From Acidimicrobiia bacterium (lineage in GTDB: Bacteria > Actinomycetota > Acidimicrobiia > Spongiisociales > Spongiisociaceae): a stretch of 64,000 bases of DNA. The position numbers and the translations under genes were made by a program. The DNA lies in the NCBI GenBank assembly GCA_041576165.1, contig JBFGLM010000014.1, positions 7,834-71,833 on the forward strand. Reading direction: 5' to 3'. The stretch's first letter is position 1. Every line of letters begins with the position of its first letter. The notes beneath the pieces were generated by a model. The model saw only the letters and a list, made by a program, of their open reading frames with translations, was not told where the DNA came from and did not search any database. Of this stretch, positions 19,800 through 29,801 are shown one piece after another.

Positions 19800-21950
19800 G
19801 TGGCGAAAGTAAGAATCTACGAAATCGCAAGAGAGCTCGACCTCGAATCGAAGGTCGTGCTCCAGCGCGCCCAGGAACTCGGCTTCGACGTCAAGACCGC
19901 TTCTTCGGGGATCGAGGAGGCCGACGCAGACACCGTTCGGTCTTCCTTCAACGGCGGTGACGCTGGTGGCTCCGAAGCGGCGGTCGCCGAGCCCGAGCCG
20001 GCGCGGCCAGAACCCGAGCCCGGGCCAACCCCCGAGCCAGTCCCAGAGGTAGCGCCGGAACCCGCTCCCGAGCCGGCACCCGCTCCCGAGCCGGCACCCG
20101 CTCCCGAGCCGCACGCTGCCGCCGAGCCCGACGCGGCCGAGCAAGCCCAGTCGGAAACCGCAGCCGCGCCCGCCACAGATCTGCGTGAGCTTATCGTCCA
20201 GCAAGGAATCACCGCCGCCGAGCTGGCAAGGGCCTTGAATGTCCCGGTCGGGGCAGTCGTCAAGACCATGCTCGAGATGGGGGAGATGGTGGCGGCCAAC
20301 GCTCCGGTCCCCGACGAAGCCATCGAGCTCGTAGGGGAGCAGTTCGGCTATCTCATCGACATCGAGTTGACCGAGGCCGAGGAGGATGCGACGGTCACCG
20401 TCCGGGCGAAGCGCACCTTTGACGATGATGAGAAGGACCTGGTCTCCCGCCCCCCTGTGGTGACAGTCATGGGCCACGTCGATCACGGCAAGACCACCCT
20501 TCTCGACGCTATCCGTGCTACGAACGTCGTCGAGGGAGAGGCGGGCGGCATCACCCAGCACATCGGCGCCTATCAGGTCGACGTCAACGATCGTAAGCTC
20601 ACCTTCATCGACACGCCCGGCCATGCCGCGTTCACCGCCATGCGAGCCCGCGGGGCCGAGGTGACCGACATCGTCGTGCTGGTGGTCGCGGCAAATGACG
20701 GGGTGATGCCGCAGACGGCCGAAGCTATCAGCCACGCCAAGGCGGCCGGAGTACCGATCATCGTCGCCATCAACAAGATCGACATTCCGGGCGCCGACCC
20801 CAACACGGTCCGGGCTCAACTCACGGAATACGAACTGGTGACCGAAGAGCTCGGTGGTGAGACGATTTCGGTCGAAGTCTCGGCGCTCGGCGGCGAGGGC
20901 ATCGACAATCTCCTCGAGATGATCGATCTGGTCGCCCAACTGGAGGACTTCAAAGCCAATCCCAAACCCGCTGCGTCCGGAGTCGTGGTTGAGAGCGAGC
21001 TGGACACCGGGCGAGGTCCGGTGGCGACATTGATCGTGCAACGAGGCACGCTGAAACAGGGCGATTCGATCGTTGCAGGTCCGGTTGCCGGACGAGCCCG
21101 CGCCATGACCGACGAGAACGGAGTGCGTCTCAAGACGGCAGGCCCCTCGACTCCGGTAGAGGTGATCGGCTGGGCGGATGTTCCCTCTGCCGGCGATTTC
21201 TTCGAGGTGGTCAAGAACGACAAGGAGGCCCGGGCCCAGGCGGCCAAAGTCGTGGAGGAAATGCGGGCGCGAGATCTGGTCGTGCCTACCGCCCGGGAGC
21301 GTCTGACCGCGCTGCTCGAACAGATGCACACCGAGGACGAGGCGGAGCTGCGGCTGATCATCAAGGCGGATGTGGCCGGATCGGTCGAGGCGATTCGCGA
21401 CGCCGTCGGCAAGATAGGTCGCGAAGGCGGCAAGATCACAATCATCCACACGGGAGTTGGCGGCATCACCGAAAACGACGTGATCCTGGCCGACACCACC
21501 GAGGCGATCGTCGTGGGTTTCAACGTCCGACCAGATGGCAAATCGCGGCGCCTCGCCGAACAGAACGGCATCGAGATACGCACGTACGCGGTGATCTACG
21601 AGCTGCTCGACGAGATCGAGCAGATGCTGGTAGGCCGTCTGGCGCCCGAAGAGGTGGAGCACATTCTCGGAGCGGCCGAAATCCGGGCGACGTTCCGGGT
21701 GCCGCGGCTTGGGCAGGTAGCCGGCTGCTACGTCACCGAGGGCCGGGTCGTGCGTGGGTCCCGAGCCCGGCTGATCCGCCAGGGTGTGGTGATCTATGAC
21801 GGGCGCATCGCCTCCCTGCGACGTTTCAAAGACGACGTTTCGGAAGTTGCGGCCGGCTATGAATGCGGCATCGGGCTCGAGAACTTCGCCGACGTCAAGG
21901 AAGACGACGTGATCGAGGCGTACCGTGTCGACGAGGTTGCGCAAACCTGA
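19800..21950 (+). CDS. infB: translation initiation factor IF-2
   Basis: GTG start, [15 protein letters not shown]. Pro/Glu/Ala-rich linker. GTPase motifs [23 protein letters not shown]-terminal beta-barrel domains. Confidence 0.95.
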   Translation: MAKVRIYEIARELDLESKVVLQRAQELGFDVKTASSGIEEADADTVRSSFNGGDAGGSEAAVAEPEPARPEPEPGPTPEPVPEVAPEPAPEPAPAPEPAPAPEPHAAAEPDAAEQAQSETAAAPATDLRELIVQQGITAAELARALNVPVGAVVKTMLEMGEMVAANAPVPDEAIELVGEQFGYLIDIELTEAEEDATVTVRAKRTFDDDEKDLVSRPPVVTVMGHVDHGKTTLLDAIRATNVVEGEAGGITQHIGAYQVDVNDRKLTFIDTPGHAAFTAMRARGAEVTDIVVLVVAANDGVMPQTAEAISHAKAAGVPIIVAINKIDIPGADPNTVRAQLTEYELVTEELGGETISVEVSALGGEGIDNLLEMIDLVAQLEDFKANPKPAASGVVVESELDTGRGPVATLIVQRGTLKQGDSIVAGPVAGRARAMTDENGVRLKTAGPSTPVEVIGWADVPSAGDFFEVVKNDKEARAQAAKVVEEMRARDLVVPTARERLTALLEQMHTEDEAELRLIIKADVAGSVEAIRDAVGKIGREGGKITIIHTGVGGITENDVILADTTEAIVVGFNVRPDGKSRRLAEQNGIEIRTYAVIYELLDEIEQMLVGRLAPEEVEHILGAAEIRATFRVPRLGQVAGCYVTEGRVVRGSRARLIRQGVVIYDGRIASLRRFKDDVSEVAAGYECGIGLENFADVKEDDVIEAYRVDEVAQT
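20061..20114 (+). repeat. 18-nt tandem repeat x3 (PAPEPA) in the infB linker
   Basis: cccgctcccgagccggca repeated three times; the last copy has one substitution. Confidence 0.6.
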
Positions 21951-21997
21951 CCGGTAGCAGGCTGACGCTGCCTCCAGGTCGTCGTAGGGTAGAAGCA

Positions 21998-22300
21998 ATG
22001 GCAACCACCCATGCGGCCGCCCTCGAGGTCCATCTGCGAGTTCCTGATGTCCAGTCGCTCAAACAGAAGCGACAGCGGCTGAAGTCGCTCGGTGCCGACA
22101 TCCGCAAGGCGTTTCCGGTTGGCTTCGCCGAAACCGATCACCATGACTTGTGGCAGCGGGCCACCGTTGGGGTTGCCGTTGTGTCGTCCGATCACAGCCA
22201 TCTCGACCGGATGATCTACTCGATCCGGCGCTACCTCGACGCCCGGCCCGAGATCGAAGTACTGCAGATCGCCGTCGCATACATGGAGGACTTCAATTGA
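21998..22300 (+). CDS. DUF503 (YlxP-like) protein
   Basis: ATG 21998 inside ORF 21863..22300. ALEVHLRVPDVQSLKQKRQRLKSLGADIRKAF...ATVGVAVVSSDHSHLDRM is typical of DUF503. Conserved position between infB and rbfA. Confidence 0.75.
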   Translation: MATTHAAALEVHLRVPDVQSLKQKRQRLKSLGADIRKAFPVGFAETDHHDLWQRATVGVAVVSSDHSHLDRMIYSIRRYLDARPEIEVLQIAVAYMEDFN

Positions 22301-22320
22301 GCCGCAGCGGTGTTCCCCGA

Positions 22321-22662
22321 ATGCGCAAAGTGAACGAAACCCTCCGCCAGGTGATCGCAGATGAGTGTCAGAACTTGAAGGATCCCAGAATCGGCTTCCT
22401 CACGATCACCGGTGTCGAGACCGCTCCCGACCTGCGCCACGCCACCGTCTTCTACTCGGTGTTGGGCGGGGATCCCGAGGAAACCGCCGACGCCCTCCGC
22501 GCTGCGGCCCCCCGAATCCGCACGGCGGTTGGTTCCCAAGTCCGGCTGAAGTATCTCCCGGAGCTGGTGTTCCGCGTCGATCCCAGCATCGAACACGGTG
22601 CTCGTATCACATCGATTCTGAGAGGTTTGGATACACGCAACGACAAGGACGACCCCCAATGA
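22321..22662 (+). CDS. rbfA: ribosome-binding factor A
   Basis: MRKVNETLRQVIADECQNLKDPRIGFLTITGVETAPDLRHATVFYSVLG...RLKYLPELVFRVD. Alternative TTG start at 22297 overlaps the DUF503 stop. Confidence 0.9.
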   Translation: MRKVNETLRQVIADECQNLKDPRIGFLTITGVETAPDLRHATVFYSVLGGDPEETADALRAAAPRIRTAVGSQVRLKYLPELVFRVDPSIEHGARITSILRGLDTRNDKDDPQ

Positions 22663-23630
22663 CAGTAGGGCGTGAACTGCAACCAGACCTCGAAAAGGCG
22701 GCGGCGGCCATTGCCGAAGCGTCGTCGCTGGTCGTCACTTGCCACATCGGGCCTGACGGAGATGCGCTGGGTTCGGCGCTCGCACTCGCTCTGGCGGCCC
22801 GCAATGCCGGCAAGGAAGCGGTGGCTACGTTCGGTGGCCCCTTTGTGGTTCCGGACCATTTCGGGTTCCTGGATCTCTCGCCGTTGGTACGCCGCGGCGA
22901 AGCACCCTCTGCACCTGAGGTCCTCGTCAGCTTCGATTCGGGCTCTCTGGACCGGCTCGGGGAGGTCCAGGAGCTGGCTGAGGCGGCTGGCTGTGTGGTG
23001 GTGATCGATCATCACGCTTCCAACACTGGATTCGGTGACGTCAACGTCGTCGACCCGACGGCCGGTGCATCGGCGCAGCTGGGCTACTACCTCCTTCAGG
23101 AACTCGAGTGGCCGATCACGGCCTCGATCGCCACCGCGCTCCATGTGGGCTTGGTGACTGACACCGGGCGCTTTCAGTACTCGAACACCAGCCCGGAGGT
23201 ATTGCGGGTGGGCGCGGCGCTGGTGGCGGCCGGCGCCCGGCCGGAGGTCATCGGACAGCATGTGTACGAATCGGTTCCGTTTGGTTACCTGCAGGTGGCG
23301 GGATTGGTGTTGGGCCGGTCGGTGTTGGAGCCGGAGCTCCGATTCGTCTGGTCGGTTCTGCGGGCGGCAGACCTCGTCGAGCACGGGATCGGAATCGAAG
23401 ACACCGATGGCCTCATCGATGCAGTCCGGGTGGCGCGCGAAGCCGACGTCGCTGCGCTCGCCAAAGAACAGGACGACGGTGGGACCAAGGTCAGTCTGCG
23501 GTCGCGGGGACGGGTCGATGTTGCCGCCATCGCCGTGAGCCTGGGCGGTGGGGGTCACCACAACGCAGCTGGATTCAGTTACCCCGGCCAGCCGGAAGCT
23601 GCGATCGCCGAGGTGCGAGCGCTGCTGTGA
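22659..23630 (+). CDS. nrnA: DHH-family phosphoesterase (NrnA-like oligoribonuclease/pAp phosphatase)
   Basis: ATGA overlap with rbfA. Motifs HIGPDGDALGS, VVIDHHASN, GLVTDTGRFQY, GGGGHHNAAG (DHHA1). Confidence 0.8.
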   Translation: MTVGRELQPDLEKAAAAIAEASSLVVTCHIGPDGDALGSALALALAARNAGKEAVATFGGPFVVPDHFGFLDLSPLVRRGEAPSAPEVLVSFDSGSLDRLGEVQELAEAAGCVVVIDHHASNTGFGDVNVVDPTAGASAQLGYYLLQELEWPITASIATALHVGLVTDTGRFQYSNTSPEVLRVGAALVAAGARPEVIGQHVYESVPFGYLQVAGLVLGRSVLEPELRFVWSVLRAADLVEHGIGIEDTDGLIDAVRVAREADVAALAKEQDDGGTKVSLRSRGRVDVAAIAVSLGGGGHHNAAGFSYPGQPEAAIAEVRALL

Positions 23631-24496
23631 TCGACGGGTTCGTCCTCGTGGACAAGCCCGGAGCTTGGACCTCCCACGATGTGGTGGCCAAGGTTCGGCG
23701 CCTGGCCGGCCAGCGCAAGGTCGGGCACGCCGGGACCCTCGATCCGATGGCCACCGGGCTCGTCGTGGTTGGTTTGGGCCGATGCACGAGGCTGCTCCGG
23801 TTCGTGCAGGACCGGCCGAAGGTGTACGTAGCCCGGGCTCGGTTTGGTGTGGCCACCGACACCCTCGATGCCGACGGGACTGAGACATGGCGGGCGCCGC
23901 TCCCGGTCACGCTGGCCGAGGTGCAGGCCGTCCTCGACGAGTTCCGCGGCGAGGTCACGCAGGTCCCGCCCATGGTCTCCGCGCTCAAACAAAGTGGCCG
24001 CCGCCTGCACGAACTGGCCCGCGAAGGCACAGTGGTTGAGCGCCCACCCCGGACCGTCACGATCGAAGAACTCCATGTGACCGACGTCTCCACCGGCGAC
24101 TATCCGGAGGTGGCGTTCTGGGTTCGCTGTGGAAGCGGCACCTATATCCGTTCGCTGGCCGACGACATCGCCCGGGCGTTGGGCGGCCGAGCTCATCTCA
24201 CCGCGCTGCGTCGCACGGAGAACGGCGGTCATTCGGTGGAGTCGGCGGCCACGATCGCCGAGCTGGAGGCCGACTTCACCGCCACGGTCCTGTCTCCACG
24301 CGCCGGTCTTCCCGAGATGCAGGAGCTGGCCCTCGACGACCGGACTGTCGCGGCGGTGCGGAACGGCGCCGCTCTACCTATCGAGCCGGGCGGCGAGTTG
24401 GACGACGGCCCGGTCCGGCTCGTTTACGAGGGCCGGTTGGTCGCCGTCTACCGTAACGACGGCACAGACCTCAAAGCGGAAGTCGTACTCACATGA
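23627..24496 (+). CDS. truB: tRNA pseudouridine(55) synthase
   Basis: GTGA overlap with nrnA. GFVLVDKPGAWTSHDVV...VGHAGTLDPMATGL; PUA-like C-terminus. Confidence 0.95.
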   Translation: MIDGFVLVDKPGAWTSHDVVAKVRRLAGQRKVGHAGTLDPMATGLVVVGLGRCTRLLRFVQDRPKVYVARARFGVATDTLDADGTETWRAPLPVTLAEVQAVLDEFRGEVTQVPPMVSALKQSGRRLHELAREGTVVERPPRTVTIEELHVTDVSTGDYPEVAFWVRCGSGTYIRSLADDIARALGGRAHLTALRRTENGGHSVESAATIAELEADFTATVLSPRAGLPEMQELALDDRTVAAVRNGAALPIEPGGELDDGPVRLVYEGRLVAVYRNDGTDLKAEVVLT

Positions 24497-25431
24497 AAGT
24501 CTGGCGTGGCGATCCTCTGACGTGGGGCCCGGCACCGCCGAGCGGCTCGGCGGTGACCATCGGTGTGTTCGACGGCGTGCACAGGGGCCATCAGGCTGTG
24601 CTCTTCGGCGTCGCCGCGCGGGCGGCGGAGCTCGGAGGGCTGGAGCAGGTTGTGCTCACCTTCGACCGCCATCCCCGCAGCGTGGTTGATCCAGCATCTG
24701 CTCCGGCGCTGCTGACATCGTTGGATCAGCGAATCGAGCTGCTCGAGGATCTCGAGATCGACGTGGTCGGCGTCCTCCCGTTCGAGCAGATCCGGGACAG
24801 TTCGCCCGACGATTTCGTCTCGAAAATCCTGGTCGGCGCATTCGGTGCCCGGCTGGTGGCGGTCGGCGCCGATTTCCGGTTCGGGCGGGGGCGCAGCGGA
24901 GACGTCGAATCTCTCCGGCAAGCGGGGACCGAATACGGTTTCGAGGTGGATGCAATCGATCTCAGCTCGGCCTCCGGTGTGCCGATTTCCTCGACGACGA
25001 TCCGGTCTCGCGTCCGCCAGGGTGATGTGGGGGCAGCCGCTGATCTGCTCGGCCGCAACTTTGCGATTGTCGGGACGGTCGTCATGGGCGATCAGCGGGG
25101 AAGGACCATCGGCTTTCCGACAGCCAACGTGATACCCGACCCGAGGTTCGTCGTACCGAAACGGGGGGTCTATGCGGCGTGGGTGTGGATCGACGATCGG
25201 CACTCGCCCCGTCATCCGGCGGTCGTCAACGTTGGAATCCGACCAACGTTCGGCGGAGACACCGAAGTAGTGGAAGCGCACCTCCTCGACTTCGAGGGAG
25301 ACCTGTACGGGCAGCGGATCGGCATCGAAATGGTCTCACGCCTGCGGGATGAGCGGGTGTTCGACGGCGTCGAGTCGCTGGTCGCGCAGATCCGAGTGGA
25401 CGCCGACACTGCGCGTTCGCTTCTGAGCTGA
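24493..25431 (+). CDS. ribF: bifunctional riboflavin kinase/FAD synthetase
   Basis: ATGA overlap with truB. IGVFDGVHRGHQ, GADFRFG, C-terminal kinase GDQRGRTIGFPTAN...VEAHLLDF. Confidence 0.95.
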   Translation: MKVWRGDPLTWGPAPPSGSAVTIGVFDGVHRGHQAVLFGVAARAAELGGLEQVVLTFDRHPRSVVDPASAPALLTSLDQRIELLEDLEIDVVGVLPFEQIRDSSPDDFVSKILVGAFGARLVAVGADFRFGRGRSGDVESLRQAGTEYGFEVDAIDLSSASGVPISSTTIRSRVRQGDVGAAADLLGRNFAIVGTVVMGDQRGRTIGFPTANVIPDPRFVVPKRGVYAAWVWIDDRHSPRHPAVVNVGIRPTFGGDTEVVEAHLLDFEGDLYGQRIGIEMVSRLRDERVFDGVESLVAQIRVDADTARSLLS

Positions 25432-25629
25432 CGCGGCGAGTGGCAGGTGCCGCCGAGTTCGGCGACTACGGGCGACGCTGCTACACTATCCCGCAGTTTC
25501 TGCGGCATCCCGCACAGCTCCACCTACTCGGTGTGATCGTGCCTGGAAAGCCGGCTGAGATTTTCGGGTAGAACACCCTTAACACCCGGTACTGCCAGTC
25601 TCAAAGAAAAGAACCGATCAGAGATACAC

Positions 25630-25887
25630 ATGAAGACCACGCAAGAGATCATCGCCGAATATGGTCAACACGACAGCGACACCGGCTCACCTGAGGTTCA
25701 GGTCGCTCTGCTGACCGAACGAATCAACCATTTGACCGACCACCTACGCGATCACAAGCACGACCATCACAGTCGTCGCGGATTGCTGATGATGGTTGGT
25801 AAACGTCGGCGGTTGCTGAACTATCTCAATCGCCAAGACGTAGAACGTTATCGCAGCCTGATTTCCCGGCTGGGACTTCGTAGATAG
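25630..25887 (+). CDS. rpsO: 30S ribosomal protein S15
   Basis: [50 protein letters not shown] is the S15 signature. Confidence 0.95.
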   Translation: MKTTQEIIAEYGQHDSDTGSPEVQVALLTERINHLTDHLRDHKHDHHSRRGLLMMVGKRRRLLNYLNRQDVERYRSLISRLGLRR

Positions 25888-25892
25888 GGTTG

Positions 25893-25917
25893 GAGGAAGC
25901 GGCTGCGGCCGCTCCTC
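25893..25917 (+). terminator. GC-rich hairpin just after rpsO (terminator/attenuator-like, no U-tract)
   Basis: gagga-a-gcggc tgcg gccgc tcctc: 10 bp with one bulge, 6 nt after the rpsO stop. It is the entry to the 280-nt pnp leader. Confidence 0.4.
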
Positions 25918-26167
25918 GCCGTTCTGGTCCGCCAGGACGGCAACCGCGCACAGGGCGCGGATCGCCTCGGGCTGCTTGCGCGAGGCGGCGATATGGCTCC
26001 AGCGACGGAGCACGCTCCGGGATACCGGGGCCGAAGGAACGTCCCGCCGGTGCGGGACCACATGGGGGTCGATTCTGGCCAGTTGTCAGTTGCCATTCCT
26101 CGCCGACCGGGTGAGGAATGACCACTGGTAATTGGCCCGGCGGCTCCCCTGACAATGAGGAGACGAC

Positions 26168-28624
26168 GTGGCAGAGACCACGGTTCGCGGCCTGGTCGGA
26201 GATCGGGAGGTCGTGATTGGTGCCGGCAAACTGGCCGGCCTGGCCAATGGTGCCGTAACCATCAACATCGGACAAACCGAAGTGCTGGTCACGGCGACCG
26301 CCAACGAATCGATCCGGGAAGGGATCGATTTCTTCCCGCTCACCGTAGACGTAGAAGAGCGGATGTACGCTGCCGGGAAGATCCCCGGGTCATTCTTTCG
26401 CAGGGAAGGCAGGGCTACGGAGCGGGCCATACTGACCGCCCGGCTCATCGACCGTCCACTGCGCCCATCGTTCCAGGACGGGTACCGCAACGACACCCAC
26501 GTCGTGGCCACCGTGCTGTCTGTGGACCAGGAGAATCCTTATGACGTCATCGCCCTCAATGGTGCGTCTGCGGCGTTGTCCATCAGCGACATCCCCTTCG
26601 AGGGGCCGCTGGCAGCTGTCCGCCTGGGACTCATCGACGGGGAATGGAAGCCGTTCCCGACGTTTGAGGAACTGGAGGACGCCGTATTCGATCTGGTCGT
26701 TGCCGGTGGCCGCAACGAGGACGGTGAGATCGACATTTCCATGGTCGAGGCCGGGTCCACCGAGGACGGTATCCGGCTGATCGAGGAGGGTCAGCCCCCC
26801 AGCGACGAAGCGGCGATAGTCCGCGGGCTCGAGGAGGCCAAGCCGTACATCAGCACCCTGATCGACCTGCAGCTCGAGCTGAAGAACCAGATCGGCAAAC
26901 CCCGCGGCGACTGGCCCCTACAGGTGGACCACACCGACGATATCTACGCGAGGATCGAGGAGCTCGCCGTGCCGAAGCTCGGTGAGATGGCCGGGATCGC
27001 AGACAAGTCCGAGCGGGCCGACGCCGAGAACCGGATCCGTGACGAGGTCATGGAAGCCTTTGGCAGCGAAGACGAGGAAGAGCTGCGCCAAGCGTCCAGA
27101 GCATTCCGCACGGTGTCCAAGAAGCTGATGCGCGATCGGGTCGTGAATGAGGGTGTCCGCATCGACGGCCGCAGCTCGACCGACATCCGGTCGCTGTCGG
27201 CCGACGTGGGAGTGGTGCAGCGCGCCCACGGTTCTGGATTGTTCGAGCGGGGCGAAACCCAGGTGTTGAACATCACGACGCTCGGGATGCCGCGCATGGA
27301 GCAGATGCTTGACACGATTTCGAACGAAGAGTCGAAACGGTACATGCACCACTACAACTTCCCGCCATTCAGCACCGGCGAGGCCGGCTTCATGCGGGGC
27401 CCCAAGCGGCGCGAGATCGGACACGGTGCTCTTGCCGAGAAGGCCGTCCACCCGGTGGTGCCCGATCAAGAGCATTTCAACTACACGCTCCGGCTGGTGT
27501 CCGAAGTGCTGACGTCCAACGGGTCCACCTCAATGGCGTCGGTGTGCGCGTCGACCCTGTCCCTGATGGACGCAGGGGTCCCGATCATTGCCCCAGTGGC
27601 GGGGATCGCCATGGGCTTGATCGCCCAGGACGGCAAGTTCGTCACGCTGACCGACATCCTCGGTGCTGAGGATGCCCTTGGTGACATGGACTTCAAGGTG
27701 GCCGGCACGGCGGAGGTCATCACTGCCCTGCAGCTGGACACCAAGATCAAGGGCCTTCCCTCTGATGTGCTGGCGTCCGCCATGGACCAGGCCAAGGAGG
27801 CTCGGCTCAAGATCCTCGAAGTCATGCAGGAAACGATTCCGGAACCGCGGGCGGAGATGAATCCCTACGCGCCCCGGCTCGAGTCGGTCGTCGTCCCGAA
27901 GGACAAGATCGGCGAGATCATCGGTCCCAAGGGAAAGGTCATTCGCGAACTGGAGGAGGAGACCGGCGCGACGATCGAGATCCAGGAGGACGGAACCGTC
28001 CTCATCGGGTCCGAAGACGGCGACCAGCTCGCCGCCGCCAAGGAACGGATCATGCAGATTGCGTTCCCACCCGAACCGGAGCTCGACGTCGAATACGAAG
28101 GGGAAGTGGTCAACGTCACCAAGTTCGGCGCATTCATAAACATCCTGCCCGGGCGGGACGGACTCCTCCATATCTCGAAGATGGATAAGGATCGTCGGGT
28201 CGATCGGGTCGAGGACTATCTGGATTTGGGTGATCCAGTCAAGGTGGTCGTGCGTGAAATCGACAAGATGGGCAAGATCAACCTGGACCTGGCAGAACCC
28301 ATCGAACCGAAACCCGGCGCGCTGGCCCGCTCCGAGAAAGGCAACGGCGACCGTGATCGGGACAGCCGGCCGCGGGGGGACGGCGGCCGCGACCGCGACC
28401 GCGGAAGGGGTCGCGACGGCGGCGATCGGGGTGGCCGACGCCGGGACGGAGGTGATCGTGCTCGAGGCCGCGGGGATCGCGACCGTGATCGGGACCGCGA
28501 TAGGGACCGTGGCCGTGAGCGGGATCGTGACCGTGATCGGAGCAGTGATCGGGACCGGGACAGTGAGCGCAGTGGGCGTACGGTCGTTTCCTTTGAAGAG
28601 GAGTTCGAAAAGGGCATCGACTGA
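26168..28624 (+). CDS. pnp: polyribonucleotide nucleotidyltransferase (PNPase) with ~120-aa Arg/Asp/Gly-rich C-terminal extension
   Basis: GTG after gaggag. FFRREGRATE, two RNase PH domains (NGSTSMASVCASTLSLMDAGVP), a KH domain and an S1 domain (GEVVNVTKFGAFINILPGRDGLLHIS). The tail is [92 protein letters not shown]. Confidence 0.95.
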   Translation: MAETTVRGLVGDREVVIGAGKLAGLANGAVTINIGQTEVLVTATANESIREGIDFFPLTVDVEERMYAAGKIPGSFFRREGRATERAILTARLIDRPLRPSFQDGYRNDTHVVATVLSVDQENPYDVIALNGASAALSISDIPFEGPLAAVRLGLIDGEWKPFPTFEELEDAVFDLVVAGGRNEDGEIDISMVEAGSTEDGIRLIEEGQPPSDEAAIVRGLEEAKPYISTLIDLQLELKNQIGKPRGDWPLQVDHTDDIYARIEELAVPKLGEMAGIADKSERADAENRIRDEVMEAFGSEDEEELRQASRAFRTVSKKLMRDRVVNEGVRIDGRSSTDIRSLSADVGVVQRAHGSGLFERGETQVLNITTLGMPRMEQMLDTISNEESKRYMHHYNFPPFSTGEAGFMRGPKRREIGHGALAEKAVHPVVPDQEHFNYTLRLVSEVLTSNGSTSMASVCASTLSLMDAGVPIIAPVAGIAMGLIAQDGKFVTLTDILGAEDALGDMDFKVAGTAEVITALQLDTKIKGLPSDVLASAMDQAKEARLKILEVMQETIPEPRAEMNPYAPRLESVVVPKDKIGEIIGPKGKVIRELEEETGATIEIQEDGTVLIGSEDGDQLAAAKERIMQIAFPPEPELDVEYEGEVVNVTKFGAFINILPGRDGLLHISKMDKDRRVDRVEDYLDLGDPVKVVVREIDKMGKINLDLAEPIEPKPGALARSEKGNGDRDRDSRPRGDGGRDRDRGRGRDGGDRGGRRRDGGDRARGRGDRDRDRDRDRDRGRERDRDRDRSSDRDRDSERSGRTVVSFEEEFEKGID
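28345..28575 (+). repeat. low-complexity (RD/RG)n coding repeat in the pnp tail
   Basis: Runs of gac/gat-cgn codons (gaccgtgatcgggac...cgcgaccgtgatcgggaccgcgatagggaccgt...). Confidence 0.6.
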
Positions 28625-28647
28625 CAACCGGCGTTGAACGAACCAAT

Positions 28648-28681
28648 GAGATGAGGGCCCGGCTGGCCCTCATCTCTTTTT
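28648..28681 (+). terminator. intrinsic terminator after pnp
   Basis: Perfect 12-bp stem gagatgagggcc / ggccctcatctc, 5-nt loop, then ttttt. Confidence 0.85.
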
Positions 28682-28743
28682 CGGCGGTCGCCGGGCCGCG
28701 GCCCAGCTCGGCCCGGCCGGCGAGCCGATAAGCTCACCGGGCA

Positions 28744-29637
28744 ATGCCCGAGCTTCCCGACATCGTCGTTTACATCGAATCGATGGAGCGCCATTTCGGC
28801 GGTGACGTGCTCCACTCGGCCCGGGTACCCAGCATCTCCTTGCTGCGGACGTACGATCCGCCGCTCCATCAGATGGAGGGACGCCGGGTAGAGGGGTTTC
28901 GCCGCATCGGCAAGAGGATCGTCTGGGACATGGGCGATGAGTATTTCATGGTTTTCCACCTCATGATCGCCGGGCGGTTCCGGTGGGCGAAGAAGGGTAT
29001 GGCCGTGCCCAAGAAGGTGGGCCATGCAGCATTCGATTTCTCTCACGGAACCCTGGTCCTGACCGAGCAGGGAACCAAGAAGCGGGCCTCGTTGTATGTG
29101 GTCCGCGGCGAGGAAGCGCTGGCCGAGCACGACCGGGGCGGGTTAGAGCCGCTCGAGGCATCAATGGAGGAATTCACCCGCGCCATCACGCGTGAGAACC
29201 GGACGCTGAAGCGGGCACTCACCGACCAGCACATCTTCAGTGGCATCGGCAACGCCTTCTCCGATGAGATCCTCCACCGGGCGCGGCTGTCGCCGGTCAA
29301 ACGGACCGCCAGCCTCACCGAGGCCGAGCTCGAACGGCTGCACACCGCCACCCGGGAGTCACTCATCGAGTGGACCGAGCTGCTGCGCGACCAGGTCGGG
29401 GATGGGTTCCCCGACAAGGTGACGGCATTTCGACCGGAGATGGCGGTGCACGGCAAGTACGGCGAACCATGCCCGGCATGTGGTGATCCGGTCCAGCGAA
29501 TTGTCTATGCCGCGAACGAGACGAATTACTGCGCCACCTGCCAAACTGAAGGAAAGCTCCTGGCGGATCGGTCGCTGTCCCGGCTACTGAAGGGCGACTG
29601 GCCCAAGACCCTCGAGGAGCTCGAAGAACGAGCGTGA
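28744..29637 (+). CDS. Fpg/Nei-family DNA glycosylase/AP lyase
   Basis: N-terminal MPELPD (catalytic Pro2/Glu3). H2TH region IGNAFSDEILHRARLSP. C-terminal zinc finger CPACGDPVQRIVYAANETNYCATCQ. Confidence 0.85.
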   Translation: MPELPDIVVYIESMERHFGGDVLHSARVPSISLLRTYDPPLHQMEGRRVEGFRRIGKRIVWDMGDEYFMVFHLMIAGRFRWAKKGMAVPKKVGHAAFDFSHGTLVLTEQGTKKRASLYVVRGEEALAEHDRGGLEPLEASMEEFTRAITRENRTLKRALTDQHIFSGIGNAFSDEILHRARLSPVKRTASLTEAELERLHTATRESLIEWTELLRDQVGDGFPDKVTAFRPEMAVHGKYGEPCPACGDPVQRIVYAANETNYCATCQTEGKLLADRSLSRLLKGDWPKTLEELEERA

Positions 29638-29801
29638 GCACGGCGCGTTTCCGACGGGCTCCACTTCTCGAGCCGGCCTGAATTCGGTCAGCGCTGCCGA
29701 GGGCGTCGCCGATAGACATATGAGAAATCTCCCCCACTGCCCGTTGAATCCGACGGTGTCGCGGCGTCTTCACCTCTGCAATCAACGCCAGGAGGTGCAT
29801 C

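Noticed and set aside
19395-22004. 869-aa minus-strand ORF covering all of infB
   Set aside because: This is an antisense shadow ORF typical of high-GC DNA. It is Arg/Pro/Gly-rich with no recognisable domain, whereas the + strand encodes an unmistakable IF-2.
22452-23888. 478-aa minus-strand ORF
   Set aside because: It is antisense to nrnA/truB, which have clear catalytic motifs. Its composition is Arg/Pro-rich and shadow-like.
28345-28575. Short periodic repeats (also 29958-30250, 19550-19645 and 20061-20114) as possible CRISPR-like arrays
   Set aside because: The periods are 6-33 nt with no spacers, and all lie in-frame inside well-supported coding regions. They are coding low-complexity repeats.
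27530-28627. 365-aa minus-strand ORF over the 3' half of pnp
   Set aside because: It is an antisense shadow of PNPase with low-complexity translation.
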